Shown: in pieces, positions 1 to 9,446 of the stretch | Layout: every line of letters begins with the position of its first letter | Position numbering within the stretch: the stretch's first letter is position 1 | Source of the DNA: an uncultured delta proteobacterium | GTDB taxonomy: Bacteria; Myxococcota; Kuafuiibacteriia; Kuafuiibacteriales; Kuafuiibacteriaceae | NCBI GenBank assembly: GCA_963803435.1 | Contig: CAWDML010000001.1 | Location: 2,720,001-2,784,000, forward strand | Reading direction: 5' to 3' | DNA: 64,000 nucleotides | Program-made: the position numbers and the translations under genes | The notes under the pieces: generated by a model | The model's database searches: none | The model's input: the letters and a program-made list of their open reading frames with translations, nothing else | Told to the model about the DNA's origin: nothing

Positions 1-2
1 TC

Positions 3-854
3 GAGGAGCTGGCGGCCCTCGTCGACGCCGAGTGGCGGCATCGTGAGCCGTCGGTGATCCTGCTCGAGGCGGGCGGCACCAGCACGCCGCTGTTCTGCAT
101 CTGCGGCATTCACCTGTACTCCGAGCTCGCGCGACACCTGGCCGCCGACCGGACGATCTATGGCGTCTTCGTGCCGGTCGAGGCCGAGCTGTTCAACGGC
201 CAGGCCGCGAAGCTGACCGTGGAGGACCTCGCCGCCGAGTACGTCCGCGCCATCCGCAGCACCCAGCCGGCGGGTCCGTACTGCCTCACGGGCGTCTCGT
301 TCGGGGGCGTGCTGGCCTACGAGATCGCACGGCAGCTGACGCTCCAGGGAGACGAGGTCCGGTTCCTCGCGCTCCTCGACACGCTCCTGCCCCGCGCCCT
401 CTCGCTGAGCCCCAAGCGCTGGCTCAAGGCCCGCATGTCGCGGCTCCGATCGCAGGGCCCGCGCGGCCTCACCGATCAGGTCGTCACGGCGTCGGCCCGC
501 CTGCGCGAAGCGTTCGTCGAGCGGCTGCGACCCGGGTTCGATCTGATCCAGGCGGCGCCGGACGTCGACGAGATGCGCGTCTCCCGCAACCAGATCTACA
601 ACCGCGCCACCGCCCGCTACGACCGCGACGAGCATCGTTACGACGGGCCCGTGATCCTGGTGCGGGCCCAGGACACCGACGAGATCGAGGGCTACTCGGT
701 CGACTCGTGCTTCGGTTGGAACGAGCTGGTCCGCGGCGGCGTCCACCTCTACGAGATCCCGGGCGGGCACCTGGACATCCTCCAGGAGCCTTACGTGACC
801 ACGCTGGCGGAGCGGCTGCGCTGGCATCTCGAGCAGCCGGGACGGTCGGGGTGA
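3..854 (+). CDS. C-terminal part (end of carrier domain plus thioesterase) of an NRPS/PKS; gene begins upstream of the window
   Basis: Frame is open from base 3 (EELAALVDAEW...). Thioesterase motifs GPYCLTGVSFGG (GxSxG), LALLD and PGGHLDIL. Confidence 0.85.
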   Translation, partial: EELAALVDAEWRHREPSVILLEAGGTSTPLFCICGIHLYSELARHLAADRTIYGVFVPVEAELFNGQAAKLTVEDLAAEYVRAIRSTQPAGPYCLTGVSFGGVLAYEIARQLTLQGDEVRFLALLDTLLPRALSLSPKRWLKARMSRLRSQGPRGLTDQVVTASARLREAFVERLRPGFDLIQAAPDVDEMRVSRNQIYNRATARYDRDEHRYDGPVILVRAQDTDEIEGYSVDSCFGWNELVRGGVHLYEIPGGHLDILQEPYVTTLAERLRWHLEQPGRSG

Positions 855-2533
855 ATCCAGGCGATCTCGTCAGCGGACGATACCGGATCGTCGAGCGTCT
901 CGGGACCGGCGGCATGGGCACGGTCTACCGCGTCGAGCAGACGATGATGCACACGTCGATGGCCATGAAGGTGCTCCGCCCCGAGCTCTCGAACACGGAG
1001 GAGATGGAGAAGCGCTTCGAGCGCGAGGCCCGCGCCTCGGCGCGGCTCGACAGCCCGCACATCGTCCGCGCGAACGACTTCGGCCGCGCCGAGGACGGCA
1101 CGCTCTTCCTGGTGATGGAGCTGATCGAGGGCGAGACACTCATGCGGCGGATCGCGCGGAAGAAGCTCGACGTCGAGGAGGCGCTCGAGATCACCGCGCA
1201 GATCCTGGACGGCCTCGCCCACGCGCACGCCCACGACGTCATCCACCGGGATCTCAAGCCGGGCAACATCATGCTGGTCGGGGCGGATCCGCCGGTGGTG
1301 AAGATCCTCGACTTCGGGCTGGCCAAGCTGCTCGCCGGCGACGACTCGCGCCTCACCCAGGTGGGCATGGTCTACGGCACCGCCCGCTACATGTCGCCGG
1401 AGCAGGCCAGCGCCGGCGAGATCGATCACCGCAGCGATCTCTATTCGGTGGGCGTGATCCTGTACCTTCTCTTGACCGGCCACCCGCCGTTCGAAGGCAG
1501 CGAGAGCGAGATCCTGCGGGCCCACCTCGGCCAACCCCCGCCGCCGCTCGGGCTCTCGATCGGGGATACGGAGCGAGAAGCGGCGATCGAGAGGCTCGTC
1601 CGCAAGGCGCTGGCGAAGGCCCCTGAGGCCCGGTTTCAGGACGCCACCGAGCTCCGCGCGGCGGTCCTCGGGGCCCGCTCGGGCAAAGCCCGAGACACCC
1701 GTCTTCGCTCGCTGCCCTCGCTGCGCGCTTCGCTTGCCAGAGTCCTCGGGGCCCGCTCGGGCAAAGCCCGAGACACCCGTCTTCGCTCGCTACCCTCGCT
1801 GCGCGCTTCGCTTGCCAGAGTCCTCGGGGCCCGCTCGGGCAAAGCCCGAGACACCCGTCTTCGCTCGCTGCCCTCGCTGCGCGCTTCGCTTGCCAGAGTC
1901 CTCGGGGGCCGCGGTCGGCTGCTGGTGGCAGGCGGCCTGGCGGTGGTGATCGCGTTGGGGGTGCGGTGGGGGTTCGTCGCCTGGTCGAACGGCCGGGTGG
2001 TGGCGAGCCGCGTGGCCGAGGGGCACGGCGCGTTCGAGCGGCGGGACTATGCCGGGGCCGCGTCGGCGTTCGCGGACGCGCTTCGAGCGGATCGAGACGC
2101 CATCGAGGACCCGGTGCTGGCGGGGGACGCGCGCCGCTTGCTGGACGCGGATCGGCGGGAGGGCCAGCGGCTGCTCGACCTCATCGCGCGCACCTGCGAC
2201 GACGACGCCGCGCCTTTCCTGGCGGGCGTGGTGGAGACGGCCGAGCCGCAAGCCGCACGCACCGCGTTTCAGGCGCTCCAGGACCTGGGTGAGCTCGACC
2301 GCGTCGACGCCGTCGGCGCGCTCCTCGACGGCCTCGAGCACACGCGCGCCTCGGACTGCGAGACCCGCCGCTGGTACGTGCTCCATCTGGGTGAGCTCCG
2401 CGACGATCGACGGATCCTCCCGGCGCTCCAGAAGGAGCAGCAGAAGAAGGCCGGCTTCCTGATCTTCAAGACGGACGCCAACCGCTGCATGAAGCCGGAG
2501 CTGGATCGGCTCATCGAGGACTTGCAGGACTAA
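851..2533 (+). CDS. Membrane-anchored Hanks-type Ser/Thr protein kinase
   Basis: LGTGGMG, AMK, HRDLKPGN, DFG and YMSPE motifs; hydrophobic TM segment LLVAGGLAVVIALGV. GTG start at 851 overlaps the upstream TGA (GTGA). Confidence 0.93.
   Translation: MNPGDLVSGRYRIVERLGTGGMGTVYRVEQTMMHTSMAMKVLRPELSNTEEMEKRFEREARASARLDSPHIVRANDFGRAEDGTLFLVMELIEGETLMRRIARKKLDVEEALEITAQILDGLAHAHAHDVIHRDLKPGNIMLVGADPPVVKILDFGLAKLLAGDDSRLTQVGMVYGTARYMSPEQASAGEIDHRSDLYSVGVILYLLLTGHPPFEGSESEILRAHLGQPPPPLGLSIGDTEREAAIERLVRKALAKAPEARFQDATELRAAVLGARSGKARDTRLRSLPSLRASLARVLGARSGKARDTRLRSLPSLRASLARVLGARSGKARDTRLRSLPSLRASLARVLGGRGRLLVAGGLAVVIALGVRWGFVAWSNGRVVASRVAEGHGAFERRDYAGAASAFADALRADRDAIEDPVLAGDARRLLDADRREGQRLLDLIARTCDDDAAPFLAGVVETAEPQAARTAFQALQDLGELDRVDAVGALLDGLEHTRASDCETRRWYVLHLGELRDDRRILPALQKEQQKKAGFLIFKTDANRCMKPELDRLIEDLQD
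1664..1907 (+). repeat. In-frame tandem repeat, 3 x 78 bp plus a 10-bp partial copy, with an internal palindrome (REP-like)
   Basis: Units start at 1664, 1742 and 1820, with partial GTCCTCGGGG at 1898. Each encodes VLGARSGKARDTRLRSLPSLRASLAR and contains the hairpin CTCGGGC-AAA-GCCCGAG. Confidence 0.95.
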
Positions 2534-2623
2534 CTAGAGACGACGACCACGCCGACGATGACGATCACGTGCGAGACTCGCGATCCAACCGTTGCAGATC
2601 GTGACTCGAGCCGAGCACATCTA

Positions 2624-2689
2624 GGAGCGTGTAGCGCGTAGCGCTACCGCGAGCCCGGTCCGGGTCCCGGTCCCGGTCCCGGTCCCGAT
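2624..2689 (+). repeat. Left arm of a ~66-bp imperfect inverted repeat containing (GGTCCC)n hexamers
   Basis: Aligns with the reverse complement of 3617-3682 over its whole length with few mismatches or indels. Confidence 0.9.
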
Positions 2690-2694
2690 GGCGA

Positions 2695-3063
2695 TCATGC
2701 AGCCCGGCGTGCGTTCATCGACTTGATGAGGCGCGTGAGCATCTCGACAACGCGCTTGAGCTTGGCTCTGGCGGCTTGGACCTTCTGCTCGTTGGCGAGT
2801 CGGCGCCTCAAGCAGGTGTGGAGTGAGGCGGCGCTTTCGGTGCCAGAGCGAAGTGCCATCCGGTAGAAGCGAGCCTTCTCAGGTGAATTGAACTCTCCGG
2901 CGCCCTCGGCGGTGTTGTTCACGATGGAATCGGATGCCCGCCGAAGCTGATCGCGGACGTGAGCGTGACCGGGTTGCAGTTCTTGTGCGATCTCTTCAGC
3001 GATGTCGGCCTACTCGACGGCGAGCTGGTAGACCTCGAGCTTCTCGTGATCGAAAGTGACCAT
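2695..3063 (-). pseudogene. Four-helix-bundle protein (23S rRNA IVP/TIGR02436-like) with an in-frame TAG at codon 18
   Basis: MVTFDHEKLEVYQLAVE*ADIAEE...DQLRRASDSIVNNTAEGAG...ARFYRMALRSGTES. The FDHEKLxVY, DQLRRASxS and NxAEG motifs are typical of the family. TAG is at 3010-3012. Confidence 0.85.
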
Positions 3064-3082
3064 GCAAGCTAGCTTGCGGTAG

Positions 3083-3596
3083 CTTTGCCAGAAAGCAGGT
3101 TTGGTGCGGCTCGGACACGTCGCACTCGATGGCTCGAAGGTGCAGGCGAACGCGAGCAAGCACAAGGCGATGACCTACGAGCGGATGGCCGAGGAGGAGA
3201 AGCGGCTGTCTCTCGAGATCGAAGAACTGCTGGAGCGAGCGCGCACGATCGACCAAGAGGAAGACGAGCGGCTGGGCGTTGAAGAGACTGAAGAGGACAT
3301 CCCAGCGGAGCTCGCTCGCCGTGAATCCCGCCTTGCCCGCATTCGAGAAGCGAAGGCTGCGCTGGAACAGGATGCCGCCACGAGACAAGTTGCAAACGCG
3401 CGACGGCAAGGCGGTCTACGCCCGCAGGAAGAGTATCGTCGAACCGGCGCTCGGACAGATCAAAGCGGCACGAGGATTCCGCCGGTTCTCGCTACGCTCC
3501 TTCTTCAAGGTACGAGCCGAGTGGACGCTCGTCTGCCTCACCCATAACCTGCTCAAGCTCTACCGATCGAAGCTCGCGACCGTCGCGAGCGTCTGA
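3083..3596 (+). pseudogene. IS1182-family transposase remnant (N-terminus lost, internal deletion or frameshift)
   Basis: LCQKAGLVRLGHVALDGSKVQANASKHKAMTYERM in one frame; C-terminal YARRKSIVEPALGQIKAARGFRRFSLR...EWTLVCLTHNLLKL in another. Confidence 0.85.
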
Positions 3597-3616
3597 CTCA
3601 AGGCAGCCATCTTCAG

Positions 3617-3682
3617 ATCGGGACCCGGACCGGGACCGGGACCCGGACCGGGGTCGGTGAGCGCTTACGCGCTACACGCTCC
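3617..3682 (-). repeat. Right arm of the ~66-bp inverted repeat with (GGGACC)n hexamers
   Basis: Its reverse complement matches 2624-2689. Confidence 0.9.
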
Positions 3683-4822
3683 TAATCGCCCTTGCGCCGG
3701 AGCGCGCCGATCACGTGCCGTCCCGGAGGCATCAACGGCAGCATGATCCGGAAGCACGTCCCGCGCTCGGGCGTCCGCTCGATCGCAAATCGGCCTCTGT
3801 GCTCGGTGACCACCCGCTTCACGAGCATTAGCCCCAGCCCCGGCGCGCCGGTCTTCGTGGAGACGAACGGCACGAACATCCGCTCGCGGACGTCGCCCTC
3901 GATGCCACTACCCTCGTCCGTGATCTCGATGGAGACGTGACCGTCGCCCGGGAAGGCCGACACGGTGATGTGGCCGCCGCCGACCTCGTCGACGGCGTCG
4001 AGCGCGTTGTTGAGCACCTCGACCAGCGCCTGCTCCACGTCGCGGGAGCGATGACCGATCGGCGGGAGGTCGGCGATCTGGAGCAGCGGCTCGCCGTCCT
4101 CCGCGAATCGGTGCCGAACGCGGGCCACCGCGCGCTGGATCGTCACCGTGAGGTCGCCCTCGGAGGTGGACGACGGTCCCGCGTCGCTGTGGAGCGCCAG
4201 GCCGGCGCGGATCGAGCGCACTTGCTCGAGCACGCCGGCCACCTGCTCTCGCAGTTCGTCGACCGAGCAGCTCCGATCGAACGCCACCAGCGTATCGACG
4301 AGCACCATCTCGGCTCCTTCCAGAATCTCGTGAGTGCCGCGCCCCGACCTTCGCGACCAGCGCCAGCTTCTCCGAGCGCGCGCGGTCCTCCAGCTTCTTC
4401 CGGAGGTCGCGGTCCGCGACCAGCTGATCGTCCTGGCGCCTCTTGTCCTTGAGCCGGCTGCGGATCGCCGCGCGCATGAGATCGGCGTCCCAGGGCTTGA
4501 GCACGAACTGGTCGACGATACCCTGGTTGATCGCCTTGAGGGCGACCTCGAGCTCGGGGTGTGCCGTCAACAGGAACAGCACGGCGTCGGGACAGACCTC
4601 GCGCATCCGGGCCAGGAGCTGGAGGCCCGTCATCTCGGGCATCCGCTGGTCTGCGACGATCAGGTCGAACGGATCGCTCATCGCCCAGACGACGGCCTCG
4701 CTCGGAGAGACCGTAGTGACGATCGCGATCTCCTCGTCCTCGTGGAACACACGCTCAGCCAGCTTGAGCGCCAGCCGGTCGTCGTCTACGAAGAGCACCC
4801 GGTATTGTGACTGGCCCCCCAC
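3682..4822 (-). pseudogene. Response regulator-histidine kinase fusion (REC-HisKA-HATPase) split by a frameshift near 4340; possibly a sequencing error
   Basis: REC domain VLFVDDD...ADQRMPEMTG...LLTAH...KPW in one frame. H-box THEI and ATPase motifs NNALDA, DEGSGI, FVSTK and GLGL in the next frame. Confidence 0.8.
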
Positions 4823-4852
4823 CGGAGCAATGCTACTTGCGTCGAGGTCCCC

Positions 4853-7399
4853 GTGGCAAAGATCGTGTCGGAGTGGATCGCAGCGGTCAGGCGCTTCGGC
4901 GCGGACCGGGACGATCCGCGCATCAGGGAGGAGCAGAGCCGGACGCTGCTGTATCGCGGCCAGGCCGCGTGCTGGGTGGCGGCCGCGGTCATGCCGTTCA
5001 CCATCCTCCTCTTCGACGCCTTCTTTGCATTCGAACGGCTCGCCGACAGCGTCCTGATCGCCGCCCTCGCCACCACCGGTGCAATCGCGATGGCCTGGGC
5101 GGTCCGCGCACATCTCTTCGACCGCCGGCCGGCGATGCCCTTTGTCATCCTGGTGGGGGTCATCTGCAACGCCACCGAGGCCGCGCAGCTGGCGATCACG
5201 GGGGGGCCGATCCAGAGCAACTTCTTCTTCCCCTATTTCCTGCTGTTCTTCGGCATCGCCACGTTCTTTCCGGCGCGGATCGTCCACGTGGTGCTCACGT
5301 GTCTCCTGCTTCCCTTCGGGTACGCGGTCCTAGGCTGGTGGATGGACGTCGCCGGCTCCAACCGCTTTCTCTCGAGCGTGATCCTGCTGGTCGACTACGC
5401 GGTCATCGCGATCATCGCGAATCGCATCGTCACCTCGATCTTCATCGGTGAGCTCGTGCTCCGCATCGACCTCGAGAACGCCAACCGCCGGCTGCGCGAG
5501 GTCGACCGGCTCAAGAGCGAGTTCTTCGCCAACGTCAGCCACGAGCTCCGCACTCCGCTCACGCTGATCCTCGCGCCCACGAGCTCGCTCCTCGAGGAGA
5601 CACCGGGCGCGCTGACGGGGGATCAGCGCGTGTTGATCGAGGAGGTCCGGCGGAACGCTGCGCGGCTCCTCATTCTGATCAACGATCTCCTGCTGCTGGC
5701 CCGGCTCGACAGCGGCCAGGTCCAGCCGACCACGTCATCGGTCGATCTCTCGCTGCTGGTCCGCACCACCGCCGAGTCGATGCGTCCGCACGCGGAATCG
5801 CTCGGCCTCACGATTGGGATCGACGTCGTCGAAGGCGCGACCTGGCACGGCGATCCCCGCCACATCGACCGCATGCTCCTCAACCTGATCTCCAACGCGT
5901 GCAAGTTCTCGGAGAGCGGCAAGAACATCTCGGTCTCGCTGATGGTCGGCGACGACGACTTCTTGCTCTCGGTGAAGGACGAAGGGATCGGGATCTCCAC
6001 CGCCGATGTCGCCCGCCTGTTCGCCCGCTTCGTCCAGGTCGACTCGGGGCCCAACCGGCGATTCGAAGGGACCGGTATCGGCCTGGCGATCACCAAGGAG
6101 CTCGCCGAGATGTACGGCGGTCGAGTTCAGGTCGACAGCAAGCTCGGCGAAGGCTCCACGTTCCGGGTGAGCCTGCCCCGCTATGAGCCCTCCGGCGACC
6201 TCGAGGGCTGGGGGGAGCCCACGGGATCGGTCGACATCACCGGGATCGCGTTCGAGCCGGTCGAGACCTCCGACGAGCAGGAGGCGCCCGCGAATCTGTC
6301 GCAGGGCGAGCTCCCGAGCGTCGTCGTCGTCGAGGACAACGCCGACCTTCGCGCCTATCTCCGACAGGAGCTCGGACGCTGGTACCGAGTGATCGCGATG
6401 GGCGACAGCCTCGAGTCGCTCGAGCACATCCGGACCGCGGGGGCGGATCTGGTGATCTCCGACGTGATGATGCCGGTGATGGACGGGCTCCAGCTGACGC
6501 AGCGCCTCAAGAGCGGCGCCAACACCGGCGAGATCCCGATCCTGCTCCTCTCCGCCCGCGAGGATCTGGAGACCAAGGTCCGCGGATTCGAGGTCGGCGC
6601 CGACGACTACGTCTCCAAACCCTTCCAGATCGCCGAGCTCCGTGCGCGCATCAATCTCCACCTGCGCCTCCGGGATCAGACGCGGCAGCTCAAGGAGGCG
6701 CAGGCCGCCATGATGCGTCAGGAGAAGATGGCGCTCCTGGGAACCGTCGTCGCAGGAGTCGCGCATGAGACCAACAATCCGCTCCATTTCCTGCAAGGCA
6801 ACCTGCGCGTGCTGACGGAGCGTCTGCGCCGACTGGTCCCGGAGGCGGCCTCGGGCGAGATCAAGGAGATCATCGCCGACATGGAGGAGAGCCTGAACCG
6901 CATTGTCGTCGTCACCCGCCAGCTCCTCACCTTCGGCCGTCAGGAGAGCAGCGCGGAGACGAGCGAGGTCAGCATCACCGAGGTCGTCGAGCTGGTCCTC
7001 AAGATGGCGAAGGCCAAGGCGGCTCCTCACGTGCACCTGATGCATGATCTCGCCGGGACTGAGAAGGTCCGTGCGGGCCCACAGGAGCTCTTTCAGATCC
7101 TCTTGAACCTCGTTCAGAACGCAGCCCAGGCGCTCGACAATCGACCGGGCGAGGTACGCGTGAGAGCGGTTGAGTCAGACGGTGTCGTAGAGATTCGAGT
7201 GGAGGACGACGGAGTCGGCATTCCGCAGGAGAACTTGCGACACGTGTTCGAACCCTTCTTCAGCACCAAACCTGCAGGTACCGGCACTGGGCTCGGGCTC
7301 GCGATCGTTCGACAGCTCGTCGAAGGACAGAAGGGACACATCTCGCTCGAGAGCGAGGTCGGTCACGGGACCACGGTGTGCGTCCGCCTCCCGCGTTGA
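4853..7399 (+). CDS. Membrane hybrid sensor histidine kinase (multi-TM input, HK-REC-HK)
   Basis: About 5-6 N-terminal hydrophobic helices; SHELRTPL, NACKFS and GTGIGL; REC domain VEDN...SDVMMP...SKPF; second kinase AHETNNPL...FFSTK...GTGLGL. Confidence 0.93.
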   Translation: MAKIVSEWIAAVRRFGADRDDPRIREEQSRTLLYRGQAACWVAAAVMPFTILLFDAFFAFERLADSVLIAALATTGAIAMAWAVRAHLFDRRPAMPFVILVGVICNATEAAQLAITGGPIQSNFFFPYFLLFFGIATFFPARIVHVVLTCLLLPFGYAVLGWWMDVAGSNRFLSSVILLVDYAVIAIIANRIVTSIFIGELVLRIDLENANRRLREVDRLKSEFFANVSHELRTPLTLILAPTSSLLEETPGALTGDQRVLIEEVRRNAARLLILINDLLLLARLDSGQVQPTTSSVDLSLLVRTTAESMRPHAESLGLTIGIDVVEGATWHGDPRHIDRMLLNLISNACKFSESGKNISVSLMVGDDDFLLSVKDEGIGISTADVARLFARFVQVDSGPNRRFEGTGIGLAITKELAEMYGGRVQVDSKLGEGSTFRVSLPRYEPSGDLEGWGEPTGSVDITGIAFEPVETSDEQEAPANLSQGELPSVVVVEDNADLRAYLRQELGRWYRVIAMGDSLESLEHIRTAGADLVISDVMMPVMDGLQLTQRLKSGANTGEIPILLLSAREDLETKVRGFEVGADDYVSKPFQIAELRARINLHLRLRDQTRQLKEAQAAMMRQEKMALLGTVVAGVAHETNNPLHFLQGNLRVLTERLRRLVPEAASGEIKEIIADMEESLNRIVVVTRQLLTFGRQESSAETSEVSITEVVELVLKMAKAKAAPHVHLMHDLAGTEKVRAGPQELFQILLNLVQNAAQALDNRPGEVRVRAVESDGVVEIRVEDDGVGIPQENLRHVFEPFFSTKPAGTGTGLGLAIVRQLVEGQKGHISLESEVGHGTTVCVRLPR

Positions 7400-7448
7400 C
7401 AGCCGGGCGATAGGGGCAGACCTTCAAACATCGCAAGGAAACTTGCTG

Positions 7449-9167
7449 ATGACGAATGCGCTGCGTCGCCTCGCAGAGCTCTGCGACTCCTCTCCCGAAA
7501 GGACGGCCGTTCGACTGATCGAGCCGCGCGGTCGTGGAGTGTTTCGAGATGCGACGGTGAGCGTCTCGAGCTGGGCCTGCGGCGCCGCCGCTTGCGCGTC
7601 TGCGCTCACCGAGCGCGGCGTCACCTCCGGGGATCGGGTCCTCGTCGCGCTGCCCACCTCGGAGGCGTTCCTCCACGCGTTCTGGGGCATCTCTTCGCTC
7701 GGCGCCATCCCTGTTCCGCTGCCATCGAGCACCGGTTGGTTGCGCTCCACGGCGCTCCAGCGCCGGATCGCGAACATCGTCGCCGATGCCTCGCCGCGTG
7801 CGGCGGTCGCCGACGCTGGAACCGCGCGCTCGATGCCCGGCATCGAGGTCGTGACACCGCCGTTCGCGACCTCGGCGATGAAGCTCGAGGTACCCGACCT
7901 CGACGATTCGGCGCCCGCGCTCATCCAGTACACGTCCGGGAGCACGGGACGGCCGCGAGGTGTGGTGGTCACCCACGCCAACCTGCGCGCCAACGTGGAG
8001 AGCGCGGCCCACGTGACCCGCATCGACGCGGACGACCGCGTGCTGTCCTGGTTGCCGCTCTATCACGACATGGGGCTGGTCGGAGGCCTGATCATACCCA
8101 TGTGGTCGGGCGCTGCGGCGCACCTGATGTCGCCGATGCACTTCCTCTTGTCGCCGCCGTCGTGGCTCCACGCGATCTCGAGCTACCGCGCGACCGTCAC
8201 CATCGCCCCCAACTTCGCGTACAACCTCCTCGCCCGGAAGATCAGAGAGGACGAGCTGGAGGGGATCGACCTCTCCTCCCTGAGGCTCGCGCTCAACGGC
8301 GCCGAGCCCGTCGATCACGAGACAATCGAACGCTTCACGGCGCGCTTCGAGAAGTATGGGTTCCCGCGCACCAGCTTCTACCCCGTCTACGGACTCGCCG
8401 AGTCGACGCTGGCCGCCGCCTTTCCGCCCTGCGGCCGCGAGCCCCTGATCGACCGCGTCGAGCGCGACAGCCTCGCCGTGGGTGAGCCCGTCGTGCCCAG
8501 CCGATCGGCGGGCGCCGCCGCCTTCGTCTCCGTGGGAGGCGCGCTCCCCGGACACGCAATCGTGATCCGCGACCCCGCCACCGGCCGGGACCTGCCCGAG
8601 CGCCACCTGGGCGAGATCCAGCTCAGGGGTCCCAGTGTGACGCCCTACTATTTCCAGTCCGGTGAGCCGCACCCCGATCGGCGGGCGCTACTTCGCACCG
8701 GCGACCTCGGCTACGTCGTGGGCCCGGAGCTGTTCGTCGTGGACCGGATGAAAGATCTCATCATCATCGCCGGCAGGAGCTACGTGCCGAGTGACCTGGA
8801 GCGGATCGTCGAGACGGTGCCGGGGGTACGAACGGGGCGCAGCGTCGCCTTCGGCGTCTGGGATCCGGAGCTCGGCACCGAACAGTTGATCGTGGTGGCG
8901 GAGGTCAAGCCGGCGCTGTTCCTTCGCACCGCCCGCATCGAGCGCCAGGTCTCCGAGGTTCTCGAGCGCGAAGTCGGCCTCTCCCCCTCTGAGGTGGTCC
9001 TCGCGCGACCCCAGAGTATCGAGACCACTTCGAGCGGAAAGCTGATCCGCGCGAGCGCCCGCGAAACCTTCACCCGGAGCGGATTCCAGAAGCCGTACAG
9101 CCTGCTCCATCCGCTCTGGATCCGCTCGCGGCTCGTTCGCTGGTGGCCGCGCCCTTTGAGCACCTAG
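7449..9167 (+). CDS. Fatty acyl-AMP ligase (FAAL)
   Basis: QYTSGSTGRPRG, SWLPLYHDMGL, APNFAY, VYGLAESTL, RTGDLG and TSSGK motifs; followed directly by an ACP. Confidence 0.9.
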   Translation: MTNALRRLAELCDSSPERTAVRLIEPRGRGVFRDATVSVSSWACGAAACASALTERGVTSGDRVLVALPTSEAFLHAFWGISSLGAIPVPLPSSTGWLRSTALQRRIANIVADASPRAAVADAGTARSMPGIEVVTPPFATSAMKLEVPDLDDSAPALIQYTSGSTGRPRGVVVTHANLRANVESAAHVTRIDADDRVLSWLPLYHDMGLVGGLIIPMWSGAAAHLMSPMHFLLSPPSWLHAISSYRATVTIAPNFAYNLLARKIREDELEGIDLSSLRLALNGAEPVDHETIERFTARFEKYGFPRTSFYPVYGLAESTLAAAFPPCGREPLIDRVERDSLAVGEPVVPSRSAGAAAFVSVGGALPGHAIVIRDPATGRDLPERHLGEIQLRGPSVTPYYFQSGEPHPDRRALLRTGDLGYVVGPELFVVDRMKDLIIIAGRSYVPSDLERIVETVPGVRTGRSVAFGVWDPELGTEQLIVVAEVKPALFLRTARIERQVSEVLEREVGLSPSEVVLARPQSIETTSSGKLIRASARETFTRSGFQKPYSLLHPLWIRSRLVRWWPRPLST

Positions 9168-9175
9168 GAACGCGC

Positions 9176-9446
9176 GTGGCGGTGGACGAAACGAGACGGC
9201 GCGTCGTGCGGGCAATCGAGTCCTCCTGTGGGATCTCGGCTCGCAAGATCCGGGACGGCGACGGCCTGGTCGTGCGGCTCGGGTACGACTCACTTCGCAT
9301 GGCGACCCTGGCGATCGCGCTCGAGGAGGAGTTCGGACGGCCCCTCCTCTTGGCCGAGTGGATCGCGGGCGCCTCGGAATCCGGAGGATCTCACGGTCGG
9401 ATCCTTGTGCACCTACATCCGAGAGATCATGCAGGATGAAGACTGA
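9176..9446 (+). CDS. Acyl carrier protein with an apparent frameshift near 9378
   Basis: Phosphopantetheine motif LGYDSL and LEEEFG in one frame; C-terminal helix NPEDLTVGSLCTYI in the shifted frame, ending at TGA 9446. Confidence 0.8.

Larger units (their letters stand above)
2624..3682. mobile_element. Non-autonomous IS1182-like element carrying a four-helix-bundle gene
   Basis: Perfect 17-bp terminal IR GGAGCGTGTAGCGCGTA (2624-2640 and 3666-3682), with TA on both outer sides. Contains a transposase remnant and a four-helix-bundle gene. Confidence 0.8.

Noticed and set aside
1664-1907. CRISPR array
   Set aside because: The units are contiguous and near-identical with no unique spacers, they lie in frame in a CDS, and there are no cas genes.
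3010-3012. Pyrrolysine or amber readthrough in the four-helix-bundle gene
   Set aside because: No pyl genes are seen, TAG ends normal genes here, and the surrounding element is decayed, so a nonsense mutation is simpler.
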